Origin: Eledone cirrhosa
Lineage: Eukaryota
Reading direction: 5' to 3'
DNA: 64,000 bases
NCBI GenBank assembly: GCA_964016885.1
Contig: OZ024755.1
Span: 30,876,001-30,940,000, forward strand
Below are positions 15,159-54,370 of this stretch, piece by piece. How positions within the stretch are numbered: the stretch's first letter is position 1; each line of letters begins with the position of its first letter. A program made the position numbers and the translations under genes. The notes beneath the pieces are model-generated. The model was not told where the DNA came from, made no database searches, and saw only the letters and a program-made list of their open reading frames with translations.

Positions 15159-15545
15159 CGGTGGATTGGCAATATCGGTAGAGCGTCGGACGCCATGCTT
15201 TGACGCATAGAGTTACGGCCCTTGCCATTCTGAGTTCAAATCTCGCCGAGGTTAACTTTGCCTTTCATCCTTACGGAGGTTGATAAAATAAAGTACCAGT
15301 AATACACTGGGTAATTGCTGGCCTTGTGCCAATAGTAGAAACATTATTATTATGGCGTTGAATTGGCAATATCGGTAGAGGGTCGGACGCCATGCTTTGA
15401 CGCATAGAGTTACGGCCCTTGCCATTCTGAGTTCAAATCTCGCCGAGGTTAACTTTGCTTTTCATCCTTACGGAGGTCGATAAAATAAAGTACCAGTAAT
15501 GCACTGGGTAATTGCTGGCCTTGTGCTAAACGTAGAAATAATTAT
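15159..15545 (+). mobile_element. Two tandem copies of a roughly 190-bp tRNA-derived SINE (family A)
   Basis: ggattggcaatatcggtagag (A-box-like) ... gagttcaaatc (B-box-like) ... gtagaaaca(att)n. Other copies at about 8715(+), 9180(+), 9352(-), 25250-25432(-), 30375(+), 34708(-), 35930(+), 37420(-), 43810(+), 50650(+), 51135(-), 53728(+), 57850(-), 58965(-), 62228(-). Confidence 0.85.
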
Positions 15546-15761
15546 TATAATTAGCATATTTACTTCGTATCCTATTTTCAACATAATGAAGTGGGGGGGT
15601 AACTCTGTTTGACTCAAAACAATTTTGAAGTACCTACAAATGTTTTTTTTCACACAACACTGATCGTTGTTTTTAGACGTGGTTCTGGAACGTATCACAT
15701 CGTTGTTAAAGGGAATATTCACTGAAACACGTAAAATTGTGACTATATTACTCACACACAC

Positions 15762-15841
<80 letters not shown>

Positions 15842-15931
15842 AGTTGTATTTAATTTGTTGGAATTCCGACAAACAAAAATGTTTATAACTGATTTAGAGC
15901 ACTCAACAGTTTACTGGAGTAAATATTCCAT

Positions 15932-16261
15932 GATATTAAATAAATGGAAACTATATTTATTAAACCATATTTATTGTATATATATTTCAAGGGCAACCAA
16001 GCCAAACTTGGTGCGCTTTCATCAGATAAATACAAAGTTTGTTTTATAAATAAAGACGTACCCATGAAGATTCAACCTTATCGGTCGGAAATTCGCGAAT
16101 TTCCGACCGATAAGGTTGAATCTTCATGGGTACGTCTTTTTTTTTATAAAACAAACTTTGTATTTATCTGATGAAAGCGCACCAAGTTTGGCTTGGTTGC
16201 CCTTGAAATATATATACAATAAATATGGTTTAATAAATATAGTTTCCATTTATTTAATATC
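15932..16261. repeat. Near-perfect 330-bp palindrome with no spacer, centre attcgcgaat
   Basis: The arms match except for a small A/T-run difference. Confidence 0.9.
16161..16220 (+). ncRNA. Hammerhead-like motif (mirror copy at about 15972-16032 on the - strand)
   Basis: TAT-CTGATGA-AAGCGCACCAAG tttgg CTTGGTTGCCCTT-GAAA-TATATATA. Its stem II differs in sequence from the 10570 family but still pairs. Confidence 0.55.
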
Positions 16262-16264
16262 TTG

Positions 16265-16405
<141 letters not shown>

Positions 16406-17220
16406 ATTGTTAGTATGGTTATGTGTGTAAGTGTGTGTGTGCATGTATGAACATTATTCAGAATTTATATGCGGTATTCACATTCAGAATCCACTTGTAT
16501 CTCGACCAAATACATACCAATTGCTTCTTTGGGTCATTTTTTTATTTTATTTTGATTACACGTGGATGTATTCAAAGTTTGTTTTTCCCCCGTTAGCATC
16601 ATTTTTTAAATTCTGGTCGAAAGCGAGAAGGACCTTGTTATGTTGCTGAGATCAGAATTCAAACCGCAACACATTTATCCATAGCTGTCCTTTGTCTCCG
16701 TATCTACGATCAGATTGTCCTTTTCCATAAACATAAATTCAACAGAGAATTATTTTTAATTCTTTGAAATTATCTTCCCCTTCCCTTTAGTGTCGCGAAC
16801 AATCACCTGTTATGTTCTGGTTTGCTGCTTAATCTTTTTTTTTTTTTAATATATATATATTTTTTTCTGCAGCTCATACATGACATAAACATCTGTAACT
16901 CAATATCTGAAGAGAAAATGTGGATGGAGAAATTGCTAAGTATTTGTTTTGCTTCCACAAATGGACCAGATGGTGTGTTAAGCCTGTATTTCAATGTTTA
17001 CATTGTTATGTATACCTTAAATAACTATCTGATTTAGCAGAATGTTATTAGTTGATTCATTTAACAGCACATTAACGTGTAATTTAAACCACAAATCTAG
17101 ACCTTAGCCCCTATCATGGAAAGGAAATATGAAAAAATAACTGCAATATATATTTTTACATTTAGATACATAGTAATGTTTGTCTGGATAGATATTATTG
17201 GAGCTGTTTTTATATATACA

Positions 17221-17226
17221 TTTATT
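17221..17226 (-). terminator. Candidate polyadenylation signal of the SDR gene
   Basis: AATAAA on the minus strand about 37 nt after the stop codon. The context is AT-rich, so chance occurrence is possible. Confidence 0.3.
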
Positions 17227-17262
17227 TACATATGCCTGTGCATTTACACATCCATGTATAGT

Positions 17263-42816
<25,554 letters not shown>

Positions 42817-43150
42817 ATTTTCCTATAAATTTTTTTGTTCGATGTCAACTTATGAAAAATATTATAATTATTGTTATTATTATTTCTTACATAGACACAG
42901 GGTAAGAATTTTGGGCGGATAGAAAATAGTCGAATTAATCGATCAATCCCAGTACTTGACTGGAACGTATTTTATCTATCTTGAAAGTTGGATAAGTTAG
43001 CATAAGCACATAATACGGTGCGAACGACAAGAGAGCTATACCAACAATAACAAACTCTACGAACGAAGGAAGCAATTAATGTGGATTTAAATATGTTTGT
43101 GTCAACAGTAATGTAGATTAAATAACAACGTCACCTAGAGTAATAGCAAC

Positions 43151-43198
<48 letters not shown>

Positions 43199-44051
43199 GG
43201 GGGGGGGTAAGAAAGAGACCTAGTTGGTTCTGTGACCAGCAAACAGCTCCGTGAACGTTGAGGATGAGGAAAGGAATATAAATGAGGTCAAGAAGGGAGA
43301 AAGGCAGTAAGATATGGAGAGAAAGAGAGAGTGAGGCAGAGAGAGAGAGAAGTGTGACAACTAGCAGAGATAAATGACACTTTTATTGATATACACAATA
43401 CATCCCAAATAAGGAAGGGTCCCACTATAAACACCATTCTAAAGCTGTTACTAAAACAAACAATAAAAAACTTTCAGTGACAATTCTACAATTTCTTTTA
43501 CATTTTCTTTTGCCTATTTTATTTATGTCTGCAGTTTAGTATTTTTATATAACATGTTTATTCCTTTAAAGCCAGTCTTATTTTTATGAATAAGTTCAAG
43601 GACGTTTAATCTACTTATGGCTGCAGTTTGAATTTAAAACCGGTTCCTTTTAATATTGACAAACGTGGGTGGACTTGGTTTTAGTAGGACAGAAAATAGT
43701 GTTGCTCATGTTGATGGTGATGGTGGTGATGGTGGTGGTGCGAGGATGTTGTTGTTGCAGTTTTTGATCAGATCAGCCTTGATCAAGCAAACGATCAATG
43801 AGGATTTATTGAAGGATTGGCAGTAGAACGCTGGAAAATATGCTTTGCAGTGTACAATTACAGTCTTTTACCTTCTGAGTTCAAATCCCGCCGAGTTTAA
43901 CTTGGTCTTTCATCCTTACGGGGTCGATAAAATAAAGTACCAGTAACGCTCTGGGGTCGATTTAATCGGTGGTAACAATTCATTCAGTCCTACATTAAAT
44001 AATGTACTCTACATTTTTTTTTTTTTTTAAGAAGGTACTATATGATTTGTG

Positions 44052-44335
44052 GAGGCACGTGGCCTAGTGGTAAGGGTGTTGGACTTATGATCATAATGTC
44101 GTGGGTTCGATTCCTGGGTTGCTTGTTGTGTTCTCGAGCAAAACACTTCATTTCACGTTCCTCCAGTATACTCACCTGAAAATGAGAACCAGCAATAGCT
44201 GGGGGTTTAACCCTGCAATGGACTGGCGTCTTGTCCAGGGGGTGGGGGTTGTACTCTCAGTCGCTTCATGCCATGAAACCGGGATAAGCACTGGCCAAAT
44301 GACCCTTCTGGATTAAGACAGACTTTAGATTTTAG
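44052..44335 (+). mobile_element. tRNA-derived SINE family B with a CORE-like central domain
   Basis: gtggcctagtggtaagg (A box), gggttcgattcc (B box), gtgttctcgagcaaaacacttcatttcacg. Relatives at about 9635(+), 39890-40185(-), 48580(+), 58575-58730(-), 61085-61330(-), 62015-62180(+), 62430-62710. Confidence 0.8.
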
Positions 44336-45448
44336 ACTATGTGATTTACGCGGACGGTGGAGGAGACATTTCGTTTCGAGAAGATATAATAGTTGATTGA
44401 AGTGCTATCAGATATCGATATATAAATATGTATACTGATTATTTTATCCAAATTGAAAGTGAAATAGGTGTTGACATATTTGATAACTTAAAAAGCCAAG
44501 ACATTTTGTGATGAGATTAAATTTGAAGGTTTATCTTTTCAGGAAATAGCAGCAGTAAACTGCCTTCGAATACTAAGTATCAATTCGGTTGCCTATTAGC
44601 ATACTTTCGTTTTCGGTGGATTCATGGCATTTTGGAGAGTGAGAATCGTTAGTGTTTCGAATAAAATGCTTTGCAGCATTTATTCCGAGTCTTCAAGCCC
44701 CTCTGTGGTCAACACTATCATTTTTCCAGCGTCGATAAAATAATTGTTTCTACTTTTGGCACAAGGCCAGCAGATAAAATAATGAATCAATTAAGTACTG
44801 TGAACGGTTTAGTAGTAATTCTTTAGTTTCATAAATTGGTAGGTATGCAACTTATTACTCTTTTGATCTTAACGCCTTTTTTTTTTTTTTTTTAAGGGAT
44901 TTTAGACTTCGTAAAGGGTTCTTTCACCTTTGAATGTGGGTGATATTTCGCTTGTATTCCATGAATTACATAAATATCTCTAAATTGATTGTTAATAATT
45001 CTTGTATGAAATATATCAACACAAACTTAGCTACAGGCCAGTAAAAAGTGGAGTTTTCTTTATTTTGTTTTGCTTATTAGTTTTTCCGTTATTTTTTCTT
45101 AGTTTTTTTTTTCTTTTTTGTTGCAGACAATTGTTTCCTAATGTTTTGGAATTGGCTAATTATCTTAAAACATCGTTTATGATTAATTTTTATTTATTTA
45201 GTCAGGAAATGACAATCAAGGTCAGAGAACAGAACAATATTACGCTTAAGACCCATTATACGATTAAAAGTATCAAGGGCTCTGTTATTTTTCTAAATTG
45301 CATTCAGTGATTCATTGTTGATAAAGAAAACATTGACTCTTATTATATGAAATTTCCTTGTTATACTTAAAAAAATACGCTCGCGTGCACACGCACTACC
45401 TAAAGTATCGAGTTATGGATCACCTGGTGTATTACCACACCTTCCTTG

Positions 45449-45487
<39 letters not shown>

Positions 45488-46008
45488 GGGGATGATCATG
45501 TTGCTAATATTGCCAATAAAGAGACAAAGCGGAGTAAACAAAATAAGAACAGAAAGAAGAGATGACGCAGAGGAAACAAAAAGTAAATTAGGACATCACA
45601 CAATGTGTGTCGAAAGATCTAATGACTAATATTAAATGACTAATATTAAAGCTGAAGTGAAAACCAAATGGTGTGCATCTTTTTATGGGCAACATGAGCA
45701 TTCCTAAATATAACAATATATGTCTGTGTGCGTGGCGTTTGTGTGTGTGTGGGGGGGGGGGGGGTGAACAATAAAAACAGAAGTTAGGTGTAGGTAGAGC
45801 GTTAGTTCATTGTTTTATGATCGTTTCAGAGGGTCGATTGAACGGTAGAGATCGATGTAACGATCAGAATGGTAGTGGTTAGGTTACTACCCATTACCAC
45901 AGTCTCGAATATATATATATATGTGATGCCATATATATTTTTATCTAAAGACATTTTTTTCCAATTCCAACCCGCCCGTCCCTTCAATCTATCTTATTTC
46001 TCATTCTT

Positions 46009-46044
46009 TCTTCTGATGAAGGATTAGCGTCCGAAACGTTAAGC
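46009..46044 (+). ncRNA. Minimal type I hammerhead ribozyme motif
   Basis: CTT-CTGATGA-A-GGA ttagcg TCC-GAAA-CG-TT-AAG with palindromic AACGTT. Core-mutated copies at 5013-5048 (CTGGTGA) and 56324-56359 (ATGATGA..TAAA). Confidence 0.7.
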
Positions 46045-46103
46045 CCCTCTTCCTGCTATTTCAAGCGTTAACCTAATATATTCCTTCTATATACTGTACT
46101 GAT

Positions 46104-46135
<32 letters not shown>

Positions 46136-46371
46136 AGATCAAAAGATGGTTAAAAGAGTTCCATGTATTTTATAATGCGCATTTCAAAAACAAATATCAT
46201 CATGAGATGACATTTGCGTTTTTGTCAGATAAAATAGGGAGACATGATATGAAGGTTAAAAAACACTTGTGAATAGTGCAGTTTTAAATCAACATATGTC
46301 TTCCAAAAGTAACGGTTGCATTTTGAAAGGGTATGTCAATATTTATTTATAAAACTGGTATATATTGTATT

Positions 46372-46425
46372 TTGTCTGATGAAAGCATACCATAATTTAA
46401 CATGGTATCCTTGAAATATGTATAA
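46372..46425 (+). ncRNA. Hammerhead-like motif, 10570 family
   Basis: CTGATGA-AAGCATACCAT...ATGGTATCCTT-GAAA-TATGTA. Confidence 0.5.
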
Positions 46426-46472
46426 TAAAATAGATATGGTTTTATAAATATAGTTTCCATTTGTTAATATCG

Positions 46473-46499
<27 letters not shown>

Positions 46500-46504
<5 letters not shown>

Positions 46505-46820
46505 TATGTATGTGATGAAACACAGATACCAACACATCTGTATATATATTGCAAAGAAAAATTCCCACACTTATTTAACTCGAAACATATTTGGATCTTA
46601 AAGTTTAAACTTATCTACGGAACAGGTTTGATTTTGAAATTTAAATGTGTCTAAACATCACGGCCTCTTGGCAATACAGTTCGTCTTCGTTGATTTATTA
46701 TTTTAAATCGATATGGACAAACTGTAGTATAATAATTAGTATACTTCAATCTGGCTAAATTTTTCTTTGCAATATATATACAGATGTGTTGGTATCTGTG
46801 TTTCATCACATACATATTAA
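46500..46820. repeat. Inverted repeat with arms of about 65 bp
   Basis: ttaatatgtatgtgatgaaacacagatacc...gcaaagaaaaatt and its reverse complement at about 46758-46820. Confidence 0.8.
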
Positions 46821-46889
46821 TTTATACACTGCTCAGGGGGTATTTTCCTCCTTCGAGCTGATTCCATTGTAAAAGAATTCATTACCTTA

Positions 46890-46926
<37 letters not shown>

Positions 46927-48467
46927 CTACAACGCAAGTTTGAACAATTTGTTCGATTATTTTATAGTTAAACGTGTATTATAGAATTAAAGTACATTAC
47001 AATGAGGTAACGTACCACCAAAATTCAAATTCGTTCAATACTTCCTAAAACGACTGATGTAGTCGTTATTAAAAGGGTATTCAAACCGGAAGTTCCTTTA
47101 CGTATGTTCGCATGTCTTTTGGTAGAATTGTTCTGATTAATTTTCAGAATTTAATTTCTTTATAAAATATATTTCAATTTCTAGTTGATACTTTGGATTA
47201 TTCCTTGAACATTTATTTAAAAAAAGGAATATTTTGAGTTTGTTGTTCTCGTAAATATCTTAATGTACACTTAGTAGGATTGTCTTTAGTTCCAGTTTTC
47301 GCATCTTTTGTTTGTATACCCTGACTCATTCACAAATAGAGTTACTAACCTGACCGATTTAAATCTCTTTTCCGCCATGCCAGAATATACAATATATTTT
47401 CTATTTTGCTGTTCATTGCATTTATTTTTTAAAAAACGTTCATTTTTTTTTGGGGGGGGGGGGGGGGGGGGTAAGATTTAACTTGGAACCAGTTTTCAAA
47501 TAGTTACAGGCACCGCTAAGGCATTTTCTGCATCTGCTATCTCTACAAGTATTCAACGGAAACTTTGAAAATTATTTTCTGTTGTAAATTTTGCTTTTAT
47601 GAGATGCTTTTTTATGGCGAGGGGATTTTCATTGGTATTTGCTGTTAACAATTGAGGTTTCACGTCGACAGAACGGCAGCAAAATGTTGCATCCTTTCTC
47701 ATAAACATACGCATTTTCAACGTACACATCATGACATTGACTTCACAATTACGTACAAATGTATAATAATGTTCTACGACACGAAAATCACGTTATTAGC
47801 TTTACAAACAGAAATTATTCGGCATTTATGTTACACAGTTTGATGCATTTCGTAAGCTGCACCCATTGGACCTCGTTAGATGCTTTTGTATAAATACTCA
47901 CGCTGAAAGGCATGGAAGGATTGTTCTTGTTTGACGTCAAAATATTAACTCTTTACCGAATTATGCATTGAATGTCAGGCTTTAAATTAGCATCTTTATG
48001 ATAAATTATGAAGGATTTACTTTGTTTTAGGAATTAATATTTATAGTTTTGTTCTGGGTAAGTACTACCCAACTTTCTTAGCCATATGGTATGTTCGTAT
48101 GTGTGTGTATGTATGCATACTTGTGTGTTTATGTGTGTGTTCTGTGTGGAATTATGTGTTTGTGTTTGTTATGATTGCCAAAATATATAGTTTTTCTTTA
48201 TGATCTACAGAGTAAATTAGAAGAATCATGTTCATTACTTTCAACCAAAGCCGGTGCCACGATTAATGCCAACTAGGTAGCCACACATAGGTTGCAGACC
48301 TCTTTGGGTACCTGACTGAAATTTAGAAGGTCACGGATTTATTTTATATATATATATATATACACGGTTGTTTATCCTTTCCCGGACAACTTCATTTAGA
48401 CCGAGCTGTGAATCCGAATAGGTGAAACATTTGTTCCCGGTATGATGAACTAACTGTTGTAGAATTA

Positions 48468-48557
<90 letters not shown>

Positions 48558-49819
48558 TGTGTGTGTGTGGGGGGGGGGGGGCTGAGTCGTTAGAGAATTA
48601 GATTCGCAATTGTGAGGTTGTGAGTTCAATTCCTGGACCGGGCGATGTCCTTCAGCAAGACACTTTATTTCACGTTGCTCCTTCTACCTGGAGTTGCGAC
48701 CGATAGATAGCATTAGCAATTGGAAAAACCAATGGAAACATTGTTTCCTCGGTCCGATTTGACGAAAGTCGATCGTTCCTTATATATAACTTAAATATAT
48801 AGTAATTTTCTATAATCAATAACAAAATCGCCAAACATCATTGCTACGTAGCAGTGCTGAAGAGAGGCGTCATGTGATTTGGCGTGGGTGACTGTGGAAT
48901 GTGTAGGAAAAAATGCAAGCTCTGTAATTTTCTGAGTGTTGTCAGAACAAGAGCTGTCAAAATCTAGGTTTGTCATCTGACCAAATTGTAAGAAGAAAAT
49001 ATTATATTTGGAAGAATGGGGCGCATAAAATGTGCCGCACATTGCAAACTTAGCTTGGGCTGCTAAATTCTGAGAAGCTACCTCCGCGTTTAACAAGTAA
49101 GCCATTATACTGTGAGGAAAGAAAAGAGGAAAGTGAGAAGGAAAGTTAAAAAAGAAACGCCAACAAAGAAAACGGAAGACAGAAAGAAAGCAAGTCATGT
49201 GATAAATAGACAAAATATCATCTTGACAAGTAACAGTGTCTCAGTTACTACCAAAGAAAGCCAACATTGTATTTAGCGGATATAATAATCCCGGTTCAAG
49301 AATAAAAACTACTTGAAAGGAAAGGAAAGACGCCACTGGAGAAAATATAGGTGAAACAGTGGCTGAGACCTTATATGAGGCATTTCCAAAAACATATTAC
49401 TTTAGTCTTCTAGCGGTATACACGCATAACCAATATGTATGTACGTCAAATTTGATAAAGTTTCATAGATTTATCTTATGTACTGTACAATTGCTTGTGC
49501 CCCACGCCCATACACACAAATATATATATATATATATATATATTCAGGTTTGAGGTTCACCACTGTATAGAGCTGGTCTATTCCGTATGGTCAATCGTAA
49601 TGCAATAATATAGAGAGTACTCAACGTAAAGCAGTTCAACCGTCTTTGTTTTTGTAGTTGGTGGTGCTATTACGGAGTTAAATATTATATTATATATAAT
49701 ATTATATTATATATATATATATATATATATAATAAACAATACAATATAATTACCTCATTACCAGAGGTTTCCCGAATAAGACGAATACAAAAAAAACGTC
49801 CTCATTCGTTCATCACTTA

Positions 49820-49853
<34 letters not shown>

Positions 49854-49935
49854 AACGAGTAGGACCCCGACTACCCTAAGTACTGAGTACTTTGGTGCGT
49901 TATGGTCCACCTGGTTCCTTACTACATTTCCTCCG

Positions 49936-50008
<73 letters not shown>

Positions 50009-50074
50009 GTTATTCCGGGTTGAATCGGAGGTAACCACAGTAAGTAAGGTACTCAATACATAGCAGAGTATAAC

Positions 50075-50201
50075 AGTTTTAATATAGATGAGATTCTACA
50101 GGACTAGAACTGTTTCATTCATTAGAAATCATCAGGAATCCTGATGATTTCTAATGAATGAAACAGTTCTAGTCCTGTAGAATCTCATCTATATTAAAAC
50201 T
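50075..50201. repeat. Perfect 127-bp palindrome
   Basis: 63-bp arms around a single A at 50138. Confidence 0.9.
50139..50183 (+). ncRNA. Hammerhead ribozyme motif (exact mirror at 50093-50137 on the - strand)
   Basis: TC-CTGATGA-TTTC taat GAAT-GAAA-CAG ttctagtc CTG-TA-GA: intact core, stem III ACAG/CTGT, short stems I and II. Confidence 0.6.
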
Positions 50202-50554
50202 ATATATATATATATATATATATATAGTCGTATGCTTAGGAACACATGCGAGGGGAAGCATAATATATTTAAAAGGAATGAGAACACAAATGATTAACAT
50301 ACTCGATAACAAGTCACCAATTGTTAATAACACACATCATTTGCTATTGTAAAACCACAATAGCAAGACAAAATAGCACAATGGCTTCAACATTTTAAAA
50401 ACAAAATCTTTATTCTAATATTACAAAATTTCACAACGGTCTATCCACTAGTAAAGATACTACAATCATTAGAATTAACATGTCACATAAAGCCACTTTA
50501 GCAAGACATTCTTAAGTACTAAACAGGATTATGACTTCATCTCATTAAAAATTA

Positions 50555-50900
50555 CCGTATTTCCTGGCGTCGAAGATGCTAATTTTTCCCTAAAATAAGT
50601 CTCAAAAATCTCCCATGCGTCCTGGAGGCCGAAGGTAGTTTATTAATTTGGTGAATTGGCAGTATCGGTAGAGAGTCGGACGCCATGCTTTCCAGCATAG
50701 TTACGTCTCTTTAGGGTCTGAGTTCAAATCCCGCCGAGGTTAACTTTGCCTTTCATAAAATAAAGTACCAGGTCGATAAAATAAAGTACCAGTAATGTAC
50801 TGGGTAATTGCTGGCTTTGTGCCAAAAGTAGAAACAATTATTTATTTTTAAATTTTTGGTTGTCAAAATTAGGGTGCGTCTTCGGCGCCGGGAAATACGG
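50555..50900. mobile_element. Tc1/mariner (pogo-type) MITE containing a family A SINE
   Basis: TA|ccgtatttcctggcgtcgaagatgc ... gcgtcttcggcgccgggaaatacgg|TA. Confidence 0.75.
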
Positions 50901-51134
50901 TAATCTTTACTCTGATCCTGTAAATGTTCACAGCGATAATATAAAGATTTATAAACAAAATGCTATAAACATTTGAGGTAACAAATCAGTTTTTAAACAT
51001 TTTATGCTATAAACCATTACAGGATGTTAAGAACTAATTGCCTTTGTCCCACTAAGCTATATTTATTTACATCTTCAAGTATCAAACCATGTCCACAACC
51101 GAAGTGATAAACACTTAACTTTCATGATTTTAAA

Positions 51135-51325
51135 AATAATTGTTTCTACTTTGGGCACCAGGCCAGCAATTATCCCAGTGCATTACTGGTACTTTATTTT
51201 ATCGACCCCGTAAGGATGAAAGGCAAAGTTAACCTCGGCGGGATTTGAACTCAGCTCATAAAGGGAGGTAACTCTATGCTTCAAAGCATGGCGCCCGACC
51301 CTCTACCAATACTGCCAATCCACCA
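51135..51325 (-). mobile_element. Full-length SINE family A copy
   Basis: Complete match to the other family A copies. Confidence 0.85.
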
Positions 51326-52107
51326 TTGAAAATGGTAAGTGTCATATTTTTAGAATGTTAATTTTAGAATGGATTAGTTATTCGCCCACACACTGTGTAT
51401 GCAAATATACTAACACAAGCACATACATACATACAGTGTTAAAGATGCAAGTGAAAGTGTATATATATTCTTACATATATTTGGGCCCTTACTTCATGAC
51501 AAAGTTATAGGGGTGCTGTGGCGATATTCGACCTCTCTTGAACATTTTAAACTTGGCTGAACTCTTACATACATACATAGTGTATGTATTTATGTATGTA
51601 TGTATGTATGTATGTATGTATGTATGTGTGTATGTATGTATGTATGTATGTATTGCAGGGGCGATGGAAGAATTTTTGAATGGTGGGGAAGGGGGGTCAG
51701 ATTGGGTCAATTTAGTTGTAATGATTAGTTTAGCTATTATTATCAAATATCAACCAAAATATAAAAAATTCAAGAATTTGTGGGTTAATGAGACAATGAG
51801 GTGTTATGTGTTTGAATGTGTGCATGTATAGTATGAAATTCTTGGAATAATAAATAAATGGTAAAAACACAACCAAGCAGGTTATTAGAATAAATATATG
51901 ATATATTCCTAATCTTCTCGTACGCCATTGTTTTCACTAGAAAACAAAGATTCATAAACTCCCTTGCTTCTGCCGAGATTTATAGAAGCTGGATTCTTAT
52001 AGAGTTCCAACAATATTTAAGGGCTGGTTAAACAGACCGATTGCCGTTCCAGCAAAAATTAGGTATTAGTATCGGTACTCTGAAATAGCGATGCATACAT
52101 GTGTGTG

Positions 52108-52224
<117 letters not shown>

Positions 52225-52544
52225 TGAAGGCTGCCCCCTCGTTGTCGAGTATGGACATTCCACGATATAACATTATTAATAATTCTTAATTAATGCCATC
52301 GTGCAATGCCTGTGCGAGAAAATTTTTTTTAAAGTGAGGAAAGACTGTGCACTGGGCCAATCCCACTCTCTGAGCGACAGTAGCTATAACCCGAGAAGAA
52401 GAAAAGATCAACATCATCGGTAACTACTGAGCCGCAGGTTTTATGTCGGAGTTATCCCAGTTTCCTGAGTTGCCTTCTCCTAGATACACGATCACGTGGT
52501 TAAACCATTGGGAGTGAAGGACCCCTAGCCTTTGTGAAGGCATA

Positions 52545-52920
<376 letters not shown>

Positions 52921-53372
52921 GGTGGGTGGATGGGTGCGTAGGTGTAAAAGAGAGAGAGGGATGGAGAAGGGGAGAGAGAAAGAAAGAGGCAAAGACCCTC
53001 CTATGTAATTCCCCATTGTTCTTCGCATGTTTTATCTCTGTTTCCATTTGATTGTTAGAGTGCTTGGTTTCCTGATTAAGACAGAGTGTGTTGAATTAAC
53101 TGACGCTCCTAGAGTCTGTTATTTTCGAGTGATGGCTTCCTCCAGCGAAGAAGATGTCCGGTTTAATTACATTTAGTTTGTAGAGTAGTCGTTAGTGACG
53201 TGTGATATTGACATCAGTTTATAGCGAGAATAAAGGTCCAAGGGAATAAGGTTGATGAGCCTGGCTACGAAATGGAACCAATAATAATCCACTTTAATAA
53301 CTACATATAATTGCATATGTATGTGCGTGTGTGTGTCTGCGTGAATGCGCGTATGTGCGTATATCCATGTCA

Positions 53373-53432
<60 letters not shown>

Positions 53433-54101
53433 TTCAAGAGTAACCAATCTTAAGGAGAGAAATGGAGATAGTAGAGGAGATATGAGAGGAGAGATTGGTG
53501 AATTAGTTAGAAGCCAATGCGTAAAGGCATGTGCTCAATGTGCAATATGCAGTAGAAAGCAGCTAGGTGGCTGGGTTCATGCAGAAGTTAGGTGCGCAGA
53601 GCTGGAAATATTAATTAGTTATATATATTTTAAAAAACAGAGTGGCTCATCGGAACTTCAAAGGAATATAAATTAAAATAATGGGATAATGTTACTTTAT
53701 ATTAAGTAACATTATCCCATTATTTTAATTTGCCTTTCATCCTTATGGGGTCGATAAAATAAAGTACCAGTAATACACTGGGGAATTGCTGGCCTTGTGC
53801 CAAAAAGTAGAAACAATTATTATTAATATTATTATTATTATTCTCTACATTCCTTACATCAAACTAAAATATGTTGACAATCATTTAATAATGTCTTCCT
53901 TGTGAAGTTTGTGGTCTTGTTTTGCTTAACTAATGAATATATATATATATATATATATAACGAAGGAATTGTGGTAAGGAACTAGATGGACCATAACGCA
54001 GCAGAGTACTCAATACTTATGGTAGTAGAGTGGGAAATAGGAAAAAGTATGACCCCGTCGAAACGGCTTGAGCTCTGCCGTCGGGAGTCATACTTTTCCT
54101 A

Positions 54102-54152
<51 letters not shown>

Positions 54153-54277
54153 ATAATAATAAATTTGAAGACTAAATTCCAAAGAGGGCTCGATAAGGAT
54201 AAATATATATAAAATTATATATAAATATATATAAATATATATAAGATTCTTTGCTTAAACTTTAATCTGTTATTTTA

Positions 54278-54364
<87 letters not shown>

Positions 54365-54370
<6 letters not shown>

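Noticed and set aside
44052-44125. tRNA gene (also the heads at 9635, 15159 and 62015)
   Set aside because: A and B boxes are present but there is no convincing cloverleaf or terminator; each continues into a SINE body.
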